Positions 11,115 to 22,074 of a DNA stretch of 64,000 nt are shown here, piece after piece (positions within the stretch are counted from its first letter, which is position 1; every line of letters begins with the position of its first letter). The notes below the pieces were generated by a model that ran no database searches, was not told the origin of the DNA, and was given only the letters and a program-made list of their open reading frames with translations. The position numbers were made by a program, and so were the translations under genes. Origin of the DNA: Rhizodiscina lignyota (Eukaryota); contig ML978127.1 of the NCBI GenBank assembly GCA_010015805.1, forward strand, positions 558,001-622,000, read 5' to 3'.

Positions 11115-12682
11115 CATTAGGATAAGATCTATTCGCTCAAGAGCATGATGACCGTTCTTGTTGCAGACAAACTCTTCATTAATGTAATTATGTCAAGATT
11201 CGTGAAGTACAATGCAAAGTCTCGAGTATTACTTGAAGAAACTTGGGGCATTGCCGAATTCCGAAGCTGGATACCATTCGGCTGACTGACATCATGTCAG
11301 GAGTAACTTGGGAATAAAGATGAAGCCTTTGCATGGCCGTAATTCCGGCCTCATGCTCATGGAAGAATTGCCGTATAGTTTTAGTCAGCTTATGTTACTA
11401 TCGGGCATGTTTACCTCTACTTTCCAACAATTTCCAGAGAGGGACAGAGTTGTACTGGAACACAACAGGATCGTGTGAGAAACCTGCGAAATCAATACAC
11501 CTGCGTCGACTCAATCTTAGAATCCCAGTAGATGCAGAGTACTCGTCATCTTCACCGACGATATTTGAGCCCTGACAGTTTTCTGGATCCCCGCGTACCG
11601 TTCGAAAAGTCCGGGGACGTCCACATCCATGTCTGGGGACAGTTGCATAGAATTCTCCGGCCACGTTCTAAGGCGCTTCTAGATCCGTCTCGCTCCATGT
11701 CTCTTCTCGAACTTCTCTCGAACTTCTCTCCGCGTACAGTTTGCAACTACTCGGGAGTGACCGGTGACGTCGAAGACATCGAGGGCTTGTGTGACTGGAT
11801 CGGAGCCATATCTGGCTTTAGAGCCGACCTTATACCTCAATATGATCCGGCATAAGAGACCCGGGCTCGAATACAGAGTAATTGGACCTAACAAGTGACC
11901 GGGGGAGTTCCCGTCGGACCCAAGCAGAGTCTTTCGGACGCTGCGCTGTTCTCGAGATCTCCCCGACACCTTCCTTGTCTTTGTGGACTCATGTGGAGAG
12001 CCTTAGGAGGATTCGTTCAGCTCCGATGCGCCTAAGGCTGACAAGAGCAGAAGCCAAGCTGATTCGAAGAGGTTGCCTTTGCACTACGTGCAACGACAGC
12101 TTGGCTGACGCCTGGACAGCCCGTGGCCTCAGAAGGGCGCTTCATAGTCACGTGCGGTGCATCCTCGCTTAGGAAGGTCGCAACATTCGACTTGCTCTTT
12201 TCCGTTGGCGGCGTGGGAGCACAGTGGGAGCACAGTGGGAGTGGGCAGCACCACGCATTTTCGCAGAGTCGAGGCACATGGGGGCAGCGAGAGTCAGCGA
12301 GCCTGCAGCTGCATGGAAGCTGCAGGCCGCGCAGCCTCGCCTTCTGTGCTTGCCGCGATTTGGAAGGCAGGCCTGGAGCTGTGCGCCCCACGGAAGGTGC
12401 TCAGCTCCCGAACCTTGCAAATCAGCCCGTACGCTCGGCCGGCAGCGTCATCCTGGTTGTGCAACCTCGAGATTACAACTTATTTTATTATGAAGGCCCG
12501 TGTCTCTGTTTTTCGGCCTTGCTGTCCTCTTCGCCTTGTCAGACCGATGGACATTGCTACCTGTTCTTGGGCGTCAATGTCTTGACATCGTTCTGCATTG
12601 CGCTGGCGCAGGCAATTGATCTCGTAGGCTTCATTACTTTTCTTCTGCCTTGCAGTTGGCCCAAGGCTTCGCTCTGGCAGCC

Positions 12683-14605
12683 ATGGAAGGGCCGAACATT
12701 GCAGCGGCAGTGTCCGCCATTATCATTGCCTACCAAACCTCGAGGGATTTGATGCAGTCGATCCGATTGCTGGAGAACTACTGGAGAAAACACACGGATA
12801 TCTCAATCAAAGAGAAGTTGCTTTCAGACGCTTTGGAAGCTGGAGAGAATCAAGTTGCGAATAGCTATGCGACCATATACGGCGAGCTGGGAGAGCAGTA
12901 CCGAACTGCCGATCGAGAGTCCCAGAGCAAGCTCTTCCGCATTGCGCAGCTGATCAAGATAAAGATCACCAACAACCTGCAGAACGCAATCAAGTACGAC
13001 AATGCACAGCTGAACTATGAGAAGGTCACACAGGACGCTATACTCTTCCGACGCGCGGCTCTTGGTGTATTGAAAGAGTTACGCTCTCTTTTCATACCTG
13101 AGCAGCTGGTCTATGAGCCGACGGTGCCTCCAATGGTCGAGAAAGCTCAAGAGCTCCCAGTCAATGTGCGGACCATCGCCGAATATGAACAATTCGCGGA
13201 CGTAGAATATGCTAAGAACTCTGTATGCTCCATGGACACCCCGGAGCCAATCGGAGCAATATCTATCGAACCGGACCCGGCGCCCAGTCTCCAATTCTCA
13301 AACCCTGTGGACTTCAGCGAGCGTTCCCATCCGGGGAGAGCACGATTATCCAGACTCTTTTCGAAGAAGAGGTCTTCAGTGCAGGTGTCTTTCCCAACAG
13401 CTCCGGCGAGCCTGACGCTATTGAAGCATTTCGACGAGCACGAATCTGAATTGCACGCCGACCCACAAGCTAAGCGGAAGAGCAAGTCACCAGACAAAGC
13501 CTGGTACAGCTCTGATGAGGTTCCTGTCATGCTGGGCCTACACGGAGCACGTGAATATCGTGAGAGCACTACGCTCGGAGCGTGGGACAAGTGGAGAACA
13601 CAACGGCCTGCAACGAGTCAAGATCACAGGCCGGAAGGCACGCCTGTGGACGAGCCGGTTAGATTGGATCAGCCAACTCCTCTAAGACGACAGCCTTCTG
13701 GATCCATTTCAGACAGCTCCAGTAGCGCCGCGAGAAGCGACAGTAATGGTGCCTCTACTCCTCTGACGTCGCCGAGCTCCGAGTCCGGTAGTACGAATTG
13801 GAACTATTCGCCAAAATCTCCTTTGGGTGATGAAAGCCCAATATCTGACGAAGCGCCAGCAATACCAATGAAGTCGCCACTGCGTTCAATGACATATCAT
13901 CAGCGTAATCTCACCATAAGCACTCTGGACTCGTCGTTTCTGACACAACCAACCTCAACACCTCCGACCTCCGCTCCATCAGTTACTTCGGCGCCTTCGA
14001 TCGCAACAGTCTCTTCTAACTCTACTTCTCTCTCCCCATCTCTTCTCGGGCGTCCCACGAAGAAGAAAAATTACTGGGGCTTCTGTAAAGGCGCCTGGGC
14101 GGCACGTGAAGCCGTCGCATCGGGTTTTAAGATCCAAACCAGGGCTAATGGCGTCTATAACACCGTCTCCGCTTGGCATTGCAGGCAATGTTCTTTCCAG
14201 TCAGACCAATTGACGAAAGACACACTCAAAAAGTCCACAAAGGACAAAGAAACCATGCTTGACGGCAAGGTTTACTGTGCCGCAGGTGTCTTGTACCGGT
14301 GGGCCTTCCTCGCAAAGAGCCACGTGAAGTGCAAGAGCGCGCTGGCGAATGGGGAGTATAGCTACGGATGCCTGTTTTGCTGTGTAGCGGGAAGAGACAC
14401 GAGTGTCTACGGCGGTGTGGACACGCTTATGGGCCACATTGTCAGTGAGCATGCGGAGGACATGGCTCGCCCTGATGTGCTGCAACGAACAAATTGTGTG
14501 TTTGGGAGGGTGGCGCACACTCACGAGGACTTTGATATCTGTGTGCCTGCGGGACCTCCGGGAAGCAGCGGACGGCAGTTTTTGCCTTTCAAAGACCAGT
14601 CGTAA
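12683..14605 (+). CDS. Hypothetical protein: N-terminal helical domain, disordered middle, C-terminal Cys/His-rich (putative Zn-binding) domain
   Basis: Single 640-codon ORF from gccATGg. The C-terminus carries NYWGFCKGAW...WHCRQC...YRWAFLAKSH...YGCLFC...HIVSEH. Confidence 0.75.
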   Translation: MEGPNIAAAVSAIIIAYQTSRDLMQSIRLLENYWRKHTDISIKEKLLSDALEAGENQVANSYATIYGELGEQYRTADRESQSKLFRIAQLIKIKITNNLQNAIKYDNAQLNYEKVTQDAILFRRAALGVLKELRSLFIPEQLVYEPTVPPMVEKAQELPVNVRTIAEYEQFADVEYAKNSVCSMDTPEPIGAISIEPDPAPSLQFSNPVDFSERSHPGRARLSRLFSKKRSSVQVSFPTAPASLTLLKHFDEHESELHADPQAKRKSKSPDKAWYSSDEVPVMLGLHGAREYRESTTLGAWDKWRTQRPATSQDHRPEGTPVDEPVRLDQPTPLRRQPSGSISDSSSSAARSDSNGASTPLTSPSSESGSTNWNYSPKSPLGDESPISDEAPAIPMKSPLRSMTYHQRNLTISTLDSSFLTQPTSTPPTSAPSVTSAPSIATVSSNSTSLSPSLLGRPTKKKNYWGFCKGAWAAREAVASGFKIQTRANGVYNTVSAWHCRQCSFQSDQLTKDTLKKSTKDKETMLDGKVYCAAGVLYRWAFLAKSHVKCKSALANGEYSYGCLFCCVAGRDTSVYGGVDTLMGHIVSEHAEDMARPDVLQRTNCVFGRVAHTHEDFDICVPAGPPGSSGRQFLPFKDQS

Positions 14606-14847
14606 GATTGATGCATCGTTTATTTCTGCTATGGCGTTCGACTGCTATCTGCTATGCACCTTAGCTATATACCCTTCGTTACATCCGCTCTTGAAGCGTG
14701 AGATGATTCTATCCCTTATGTATTATTTACCAATGTCAGGAACAGAATGACATGTCGAATTATCGATATACTACAAACTCCATACAGAACCATTGAAGCA
14801 GTTTTGGTATCCATCTCTCACCCAGTCTCCTCGCAACACCTTCCCTT

Positions 14848-15663
14848 CTACAGAGCCGCCATTTCCGGTGGGACCCGCACATCCATGTTCAAAAACTTAT
14901 TTGATTCGTTCGTCCAGCTATCCTCCGCTGCACCAATGCCCACCAACTTCGCCGCGCCCGCTTGCGGAGCGCCTGTGACACTGCAGCTCAATTCGTGCAC
15001 ATTATCGCCACGAATCACATGCTGTCCGCCTCTAACCTCCGCCATTTTCGTCCCATCCGGTGCCTGGATCTCATAAATCGCAGTGCCGAGGTCGATCTCA
15101 AGCGGAGACGGGTTGAACACTTGCAGCAGGATCTTGCACTCGTCTTTGCTTCCCTCAACTTTCACGATGCGAGCCTTGGGGCCATTCATACCGGGCAGCA
15201 GGATGGACTTTCTGTACGTGATGTTTGCATTCATCCCGAGCGCTTTGATTTTGCCTTTCCCGTTGTCAAGCATAAGCGTGAGCTGCTCGTCTTGCGTGAT
15301 GCTCCTGACGAAGGCAAGAAAGGCGTCGAAATCGGTGATGGCGATTTTCTGCGGGACGACGTGCACGTCGGCGCGTTTGGTGGATGTCTTAACTTCCGGG
15401 AGATCGAGCTTGCCGAAGGAGCCGCCGGGCCCGACGAGATCAACGGTCATGGGTGTCATTGTCGCCCCGACGGGCCCCGTCCCGATGACACGAGATTGAA
15501 TTTCCATGACGAAGTTTCTGGAAGGGCAGAAAGGGTCAGTGGCCGCATTGCACTTTGCAGGTCCGGCAGGTTGTGTAACTAACTTCTGTGAAGGTTCGGT
15601 AATCTTGATGTGTGGAACCTCCAGTTTGGATTTGTTCAGTATTGCTTGCACTATAGCCTCCAT
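14848..15663 (-). CDS. DUF3712-like protein, 2 exons
   Basis: Starts MEAIVQAILNKSKLEV, with an in-frame intron at 15518-15583. Beta-rich segments FGKLDLPEV, ITDFDAFLAFV, PGMNGPK and NPSPLEIDLG are typical of fungal DUF3712 proteins. Confidence 0.65.
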   Translation of the reverse strand: MEAIVQAILNKSKLEVPHIKITEPSQKLVTQPAGPAKCNAATDPFCPSRNFVMEIQSRVIGTGPVGATMTPMTVDLVGPGGSFGKLDLPEVKTSTKRADVHVVPQKIAITDFDAFLAFVRSITQDEQLTLMLDNGKGKIKALGMNANITYRKSILLPGMNGPKARIVKVEGSKDECKILLQVFNPSPLEIDLGTAIYEIQAPDGTKMAEVRGGQHVIRGDNVHELSCSVTGAPQAGAAKLVGIGAAEDSWTNESNKFLNMDVRVPPEMAAL

Positions 15664-15893
15664 CGCTGTTGCTGTGGCCACGCAGTTGAGATTGTGGTTG
15701 AGGTCGTCTAATAATAAAACGTAACTATCACGTAGGAAAATAGGAGTAGACAAACGGTAGGAAGGGAGAGATAGATCATAAAGGGAATCCGAGGCATATT
15801 GTAGGAGAGTATATATCCTGATTTCACATGAACCGCACTTGCCTTGGTCATTATTTGGGTCTCGGTTGTTTCATACGTATGCTCTTACCCCAG

Positions 15894-16125
15894 CAAGTGG
15901 GTGACAGAAAGTTGAGTCGTAGCTGCAATATATTGAATCGCGAGAATACATATCCTGATAAGTCAATACAGATTATTCCCACTGAAGCTGCGTGTTTGGG
16001 GCAAATGCTGTCCGGTGTATATTTAACTTAGCTTGCAGAGGTGCTTTCGTTCGTGCTGAGGAACAAAACTCGTTATTACGACAGCGGTTCGGTCAATCGG
16101 GCTCAACTATTCTGTCACCACCGTG
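15894..16125 (+). mobile_element. MITE-like repeat copy D (full length, 232 bp) flanked by the 5-bp direct repeat CCCAG
   Basis: caagtgggtgacagaaagttgagtcg ... cgggctcaactattctgtcaccaccgtg; CCCAG occurs at 15889-15893 and 16126-16130. Confidence 0.85.
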
Positions 16126-16489
16126 CCCAGCAACTTCAGTCGCTCTTTCATATGACATGTCAGGGTGGACTCTTTACTATCCAAATTCGGCGAAACGCAC
16201 GTGTCTGGTGCTCTGAAACTTCCTCGGTAGGCTCAACATCCTTGACAGGGGGCCTGGATCGATCGTTCTGAAGGATCTTATCCAGGATCACATCGAAACT
16301 ATTGCCGAGCTAAGCGTAGGAGTGGCACACTTAGCGAGGTGTCAACTTTGAATCACACGCTCCTTTGCGCGGGACCGACCGAGAGACAAGACTCGATGCC
16401 TCATGATCTCAGGAGATATGCTAAGAACTCTTGTGCGAATATTGCTATTTCTCGTAACCTTTCATTATCGGGGGAGCTGTGCCCATTCA

Positions 16490-18072
16490 TTAAGAGAAAA
16501 GCACACCAACCATAGCTTCTACGGCACCAAAGACTCCTTTGGACTGTATAAGTCGGGCAAACGTCGTCGGCACCTTGTTTAACGAGGCCCGACCATCGAC
16601 GTTATGATCTGCTAAATGTTAGCCAAACGCCTTACTCCGAGCGGAGGACGCTACTCACAAAGTGGTGCAAAAGCCGCAGAAGCAGAAACTTCAGACTCAG
16701 CCTCCCCTGTCCAATCAAATTTTATATTCCAACTAATTCGCAGAGCAATCTCATCGTGGCGAATTAAGATACTGTTCCGTCCTAGTTGAGGAAGGATCTC
16801 ACTTCTCAAATGTTTGCTTTGGTTTGGACCGCTGCTGTCGTTCTCTTTGTCCAAATCCTCTGGGGGTTTCATCAGCTGCGTAAACGTATTTTCACATCGT
16901 GCCCAACATTGCGCGCGACGCATTGCAATGTCCCAATAGCTTCCGAGGCTGTAGAACAAAGCTCCAACATCAAGAGCCTGGCTACAGTCGTCTGCCCATT
17001 TCTGTAGCTCCGGCCGCGCCCATTGAGATATACGTCGAACATTGAGGTGTCTAACTTCGGGTCTCTTCGAGTCTGAGACAGCTGTAGTTATTTCCATATC
17101 GATGTCCGCGCTGAACAAAGCTCCTGGTCCCTGGACGTGCCAATGATGTATTTGGCTCTCTGCTCTATTCTGATTATCGCCAGGCAGTGGTCTTGGGATA
17201 TTCATTGTCGCCGAAAACGTAAGAGGCGTAAACAACTGCAAGCATGGAAGCGGATCCTTCAATTCCAAAGGCTTGTGGGATGCAACCGGCGAATCGTCAT
17301 CCTCATTGACTGTCTGATACGTCGGAGTCGGTATCGCGAAGGGAAGAAACGAGTTCAGGAGATCTGAAACCGCGGGTTTGGATACGTTTCTGCCCTTTTC
17401 CGAATTGGGCTGTTCATCGTTCAGGAGTTGGCTGAAACTCGTTAGTATGATAAAGCACCAAGATTCTCCAAAGTCTTACATTAGCTCAAGAGTAGTGGGA
17501 TCATCTGGTTCTGACTGTGACTTTTTCCGAATACGTTCTTGGATGCGTTCATACTGGTTGCATTGTTCGCGGAGGAGCTTCAACTCCTGCTGCAGCTTTC
17601 GTTTCTCCTCAATTTTCGTTGGGTCAAGTTGCGCCTGTGAGGCAAGTGGTGTTGGTTCCATGTAAGCAGCCGAAAGCTCGGGCTGCTCAACATGATTTCC
17701 ATGGTCCGGAAGCACGGGCTGCTGAAATTCTGTACTATCCAGATTGAGGTCATCGAAGAGCGAGTTTCGACTTTGCGGACGTGCTATCGGAGATGATTCT
17801 CGTCGCGCTTGTTCGGGCTCAGCTGTATCACTGACCGCGCTTTCTCTTCCACGCTCTGCTAATGGTTGACAACTTTGCAATTGAGACTTTCGGCGTGATG
17901 GAGGTCTCCGAGGTGACTGTGAGAGGTTCGGACTCTTCAAAAGGTTCGGGTTGAATCTTGCTAGACTAGCTTTGGTGGGCGACAGGAACGAGGCGCGTCT
18001 TGGTGCCTTGCGTGGTTCGCTATTGTCTGGCTCAGGAGATAGTCTCCGTCTTTTGGGTGAGGGTTCGTCCAT
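16490..18072 (-). CDS. Putative kinetochore protein CENP-P/Ctf19-like (coiled coil plus tandem RWD-like C-terminus), 3 exons
   Basis: Starts MDEPSPKRRRLS, with coiled coil KIEEKRKLQQELKLLREQ and introns near 17433-17479 and 16612-16658. The C-terminus ISWNIKFDWTGEAESEV...SLNKVPTTFARLIQSKGVFGAVEAMVGVLF resembles the CENP-P C-terminal pattern as recalled. Confidence 0.6.
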
Positions 18073-18284
18073 GCGATGTACAGACTTTATGTTCAACTGT
18101 TCTCTCGGTCGAGAAGTTTTGTTTGGAGGTGGAGGGAGGAAACAGACGCGTCTCGATGCACGCGACTTAGAAAGCGACAGGGGTTGCTCGGCGCACTCGG
18201 CAGTTGCCGCCATGACGTTGGTGAGACGACCAATTCTTATTTAAATACCCGAGAATCGTCATTTCACAGCGCCTCATAGAGGCA

Positions 18285-19116
18285 ATGAGTGCAGTAATTT
18301 CACAGGTGCCCCGGCGCTCGGTACAATGTCTCAAGGCAGCTCGAATATCTCGGCAGCGGGTTGTGGTCCAATTGAATGGTGGCGCACGAGTGCACAAGCG
18401 GTTCCGCTCTCGCGATAGCATCACTAATTCGGACGATCAAGCCATGCCACTTTCTGGATATTATGCTGGTTAGTATATAGCAGTTAATCGTACGATCCTC
18501 CTAGGTCCTGCAGAAGCTAATGCGGTGCTTAGAACTCCTATCACAGCCCCTAAGGAAGACGACACAAGCAACCCGCACGCCACCGTCCCCTCCTCCTGCT
18601 GAATCCCTGCCTAAAACGGATAGAGAAGAAGTCCTCTCAAAGGCTCGTGTAATATTTGGTTCACGTCTCGCCGGGCCTGCTGAACGCGCGGAAGAACTTC
18701 ACAAAGCTTCCGTCGAAATCGCGGGCGTCCTCGTCCCACCGAAACCTTCAGAGCCGGACAACTGTTGCATGTCCGGCTGCGTGAACTGCGTGTGGGATCG
18801 ATTTAGAGACGAACTGGAAGAATGGGCGAGTAAGAGCGCAGAGGCGAGGTCGCGGTTACAGGCACAGAGACAGTCTGGACAAGCAACGGGCATGATGTCT
18901 AACGAGCCAGGGATGCCGACACACGTAGCAACAAGTATGGACGATGACGGCGGAGGCAGCGAGACGAACTGGGATAGTGGGCTAGAGCTAAGCGGAAAGC
19001 CCGGCGATATCTTCGAAGGGATACCGGTAGGAATAAGAGAATTTATGAGGACGGAGAAGATGCTCAAGCAGAAACACATACAAGAACGAGAAACGGCGAC
19101 GGCTGCTGCGTCATGA
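18285..19116 (+). CDS. Oxidoreductase-like domain protein (Oxidored-like/UPF0651), probably mitochondrial, 2 exons
   Basis: Arg-rich presequence-like exon 1 and intron 18469-18532; hallmark PPKPSEPDNCCMSGCVNCVWD and C-terminal IPVGIREFMRTEK. Confidence 0.85.
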
Positions 19117-19337
19117 ATGATGACACATTTAAGATATCCAGATGCTTGCGCATCATGTACTGAACCCTGGACATAGTTGTACATAGCTTAGGTCAATTTC
19201 GAGACCATCAGTATTCGCAGCATACGCCTCAGATGCAGATGAGCCTCGATTTCCTGCTTTGCCATATGGACGCTATATCCTACATTCCCTTGCTATGCTC
19301 CCCCTTATTCCGTCCATAACGCCATAATGATTTGCGC

Positions 19338-19746
19338 TTAATCCACGTCGACCCCCTTCTTCCTCAGATCTGCCTTAGCTTCCTGAATCTCCCCCATTAA
19401 TTCCTTATACGCTTCTGGGACGTCATTGAACGTGAAGACACCAAATCCGAGCTTAAACAGGAGATAAGCGCCGAAGGAGACAAGTGCCCAGAAAGGTAAC
19501 TGCAAGAGGCGGAAGCCATTAGCTGTGAACTGGGAGGTGTGGCAAGTCCATGAGAGTACATACAACGGGTATAATCTCATCTTGGACCTTCGGAGGCAGT
19601 GGTGCGAGGCCGAGAAAGCAGACAAGGTAGAGCTGTGAAAAGTATTAGATCGCTAGCCAGAGCAGTACTTGATAGGTGTCACCCAGCAGAGCCCTTACAG
19701 AGGAGACGAGGAGGAAGAGAGAGACTGTTTGCTGCGCACGCGTCAT
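19338..19746 (-). CDS. DPM3: Dolichol-phosphate mannosyltransferase subunit 3, 3 exons
   Basis: MTRAQQTVSLFLLVSS / LYLVCFLGLAPLPPKVQDEIIPV / LPFWALVSFGAYLLFKLGFGVFTFNDVPEAYKELMGEIQEAKADLRKKGVDVD. Confidence 0.93.
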
Positions 19747-20588
19747 CTTGAAGGGTGCTCAAGTGACGTCCAAACTGAAGACTTGAAAGACGAGGTACGC
19801 AGTGCAGCACTCGAACTGAGACGTGGTCGGCTCTCAACTTGTCCTGCTTTCAGCGCGTCTCCCAAAAACTCCATCTTGCCAGACTGCACGGGCCAACAAG
19901 GGGCTAACGCTCTCAGCTTTCGGTGATTCGGCTAAGACCCGGATTATCTGCGGCAGCATAGGAGATGGGATAAGGACTTCCACTGTAAACTGTTTGCTCT
20001 GATCATCACGGCCCTTTTCCTATCAGTCGAGAGGCAGTCGAGTATGCTTCCCTTCGCGACCAACTACAACTCGACTCACCTTGCCTGGAAAGCGTGTCAG
20101 AACAAAACAGCGTGTCGAACTTCATCAACTGGCCACCATGTAGGAGAAGAGGCTTCCATCGACATTGAACGACAACTGCAGCATCACGCCAGAGAGCCAG
20201 TCTTAACTGTCCAGATCTTAAGTGTTGGACTTTATCAATCAGTCGCAGAACTCTCGGAGACTCATCTCGAGACAGTGAACGAGCACTCCACAACGATCCC
20301 AAAACCCCCGGGGATGAAAACACTGAAATTAAATTACATATACGTGTACACATAATATACATCTATGAACACTTATTCCGCCGCAGTTTTCTTCACAGCT
20401 TCAATGGTATCTTACACTACATGTTTCCCAAGAGCCATCATTTGATCTGTCTGGAGGTCTAGCTGATTCCATAAGGGTTTCTCATCAATATTTAGTATCA
20501 TGATTATCCACCAACGCCCTTCATTAAACTTCATTCACATTTTGAACGCCCAATGAATCAATTCATCCCGGTGCTTGTCTTCTCCGAC

Positions 20589-22074
20589 TTAACCGCTCAG
20601 TGGTGCAACACGCGCACTCATTGATTGGATGGGGAGGTCTCCATCAATGGCCCTCGCTGATTGCATCGGAATCCTGGAAGACATGTTATCGAGTGCGGGA
20701 GACGTGGATCGATCCGCACGAGGCTTCGGAGCCTGCAAGAACGTGCGGTCAGGGGACCTCGGGCTCCGTGGCGAGTTGGCCAGTACTTCAATAACGGAAT
20801 CCCTCTTCGAGTTAACCTTCTCTTGCGATGGGAGGTTTTGGTTGAAGCCACAGTCCGCCGCAACACGCTCGATGGACTTGAAATATTTGACCGTCTTGAC
20901 CTATCGACGCATAAGTGAGCGATTGCTCATGTAATGAGAGCATTCATTGTCATAACGGCTTCGTCTTACCTGGAGCTCCATGGTTGCATCTTCGTCGACT
21001 ACTATCAGTGCATGTTGGTGCATCTGAAGGCTCGATAGTGTCCACATGTGATTAACACCTGCGCAAGATGAGCATGTTAGTATGGAGACTGAGGCTTTAC
21101 AATGTGCATTGCAGGACTGCTTACCGCATTCGATTGTCTTCTGCAGAGCAAGGGCCTTGTGGGTGCCCGTGATTATTATCACAACTTCGCGAGCCTGAGA
21201 TATTTCGTCAGTGTGGCTTGCTCGTGGATTCATTCCGAATCGGGTAAGTGTAAGCGCAGTAAGATCCAGATTTGGGTGAATAATATTCACAGATCAAACT
21301 TTAAAGGCGCGCTACTTGGAGAAATTGCAGCTCGAGAATCCTTGATGTAAGACGAGACAATACTTACATCAAGCACCGTTTGGACGCCGACTGTCAGAGC
21401 CATTCTTGGAACCTGGGCCAGGTCGTTATTGAAGAATCTGGAGTTGGCAACGATAGTATCGTATGCCAGCGTCTTCACTCTCGTACGCGACTTCAAGCTG
21501 GATCCGGGCTCATTGAAAGCGATGTGGCCATCAGGTCCGATGCCACCAAGGAACAGCTCAATTCCGCCGGCCTGCTTAATCTTCTCCTCATACGCGATGC
21601 ACTCGGACTCAAGATCGGGAGCGTTGCCGTTCAAGATGTTTACGTTCTCAGGGTCGATGTCGATGTGTGAGAAGAAGTTCTTGTACATGAAGCTGTGGTA
21701 CGATTCGGGATGCTCTTCAGGCAGGCCGACATATTCGTCCATGTTGAAGGTAATGACATCCTTGAAGCTAATATCTCCCTTCTTGTGTCGCTCTACGAGG
21801 TGCTTGTAGATCAACATCGGGCTGCTGCCCGTTGGCAGGCCCAGCACGAAGGGCTTTTGCGGTGTCGGCGCAAATGCATGGATTCTGTCTACGAGGTGTG
21901 AGTTACAGAATCTGATGGACTGCAATCGATTCAAGATTGATTGGAGTGCCGACCTATGATATAGTCTGCAACATAGTTGGAGGCGATTTGAGGCTCGTCA
22001 CGAATGATCAAGCGCCTGTTTCAATAATTAGAGTGAGCTTGGGCAACTGTGAGTTTGCATGTGAATGCGTACAT
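20589..22074 (-). CDS. NAG1: Glucosamine-6-phosphate deaminase (isomerase), multi-exon
   Basis: MRLIIRD N-terminus (ATG split by intron 22016-22072), [48 protein letters not shown] and [20 protein letters not shown]. Confidence 0.95.

Noticed and set aside
20044..20355. 103-aa ORF between DPM3 and NAG1
   Set aside because: No recognisable motif, splice structure or coding-like composition; probably spurious.
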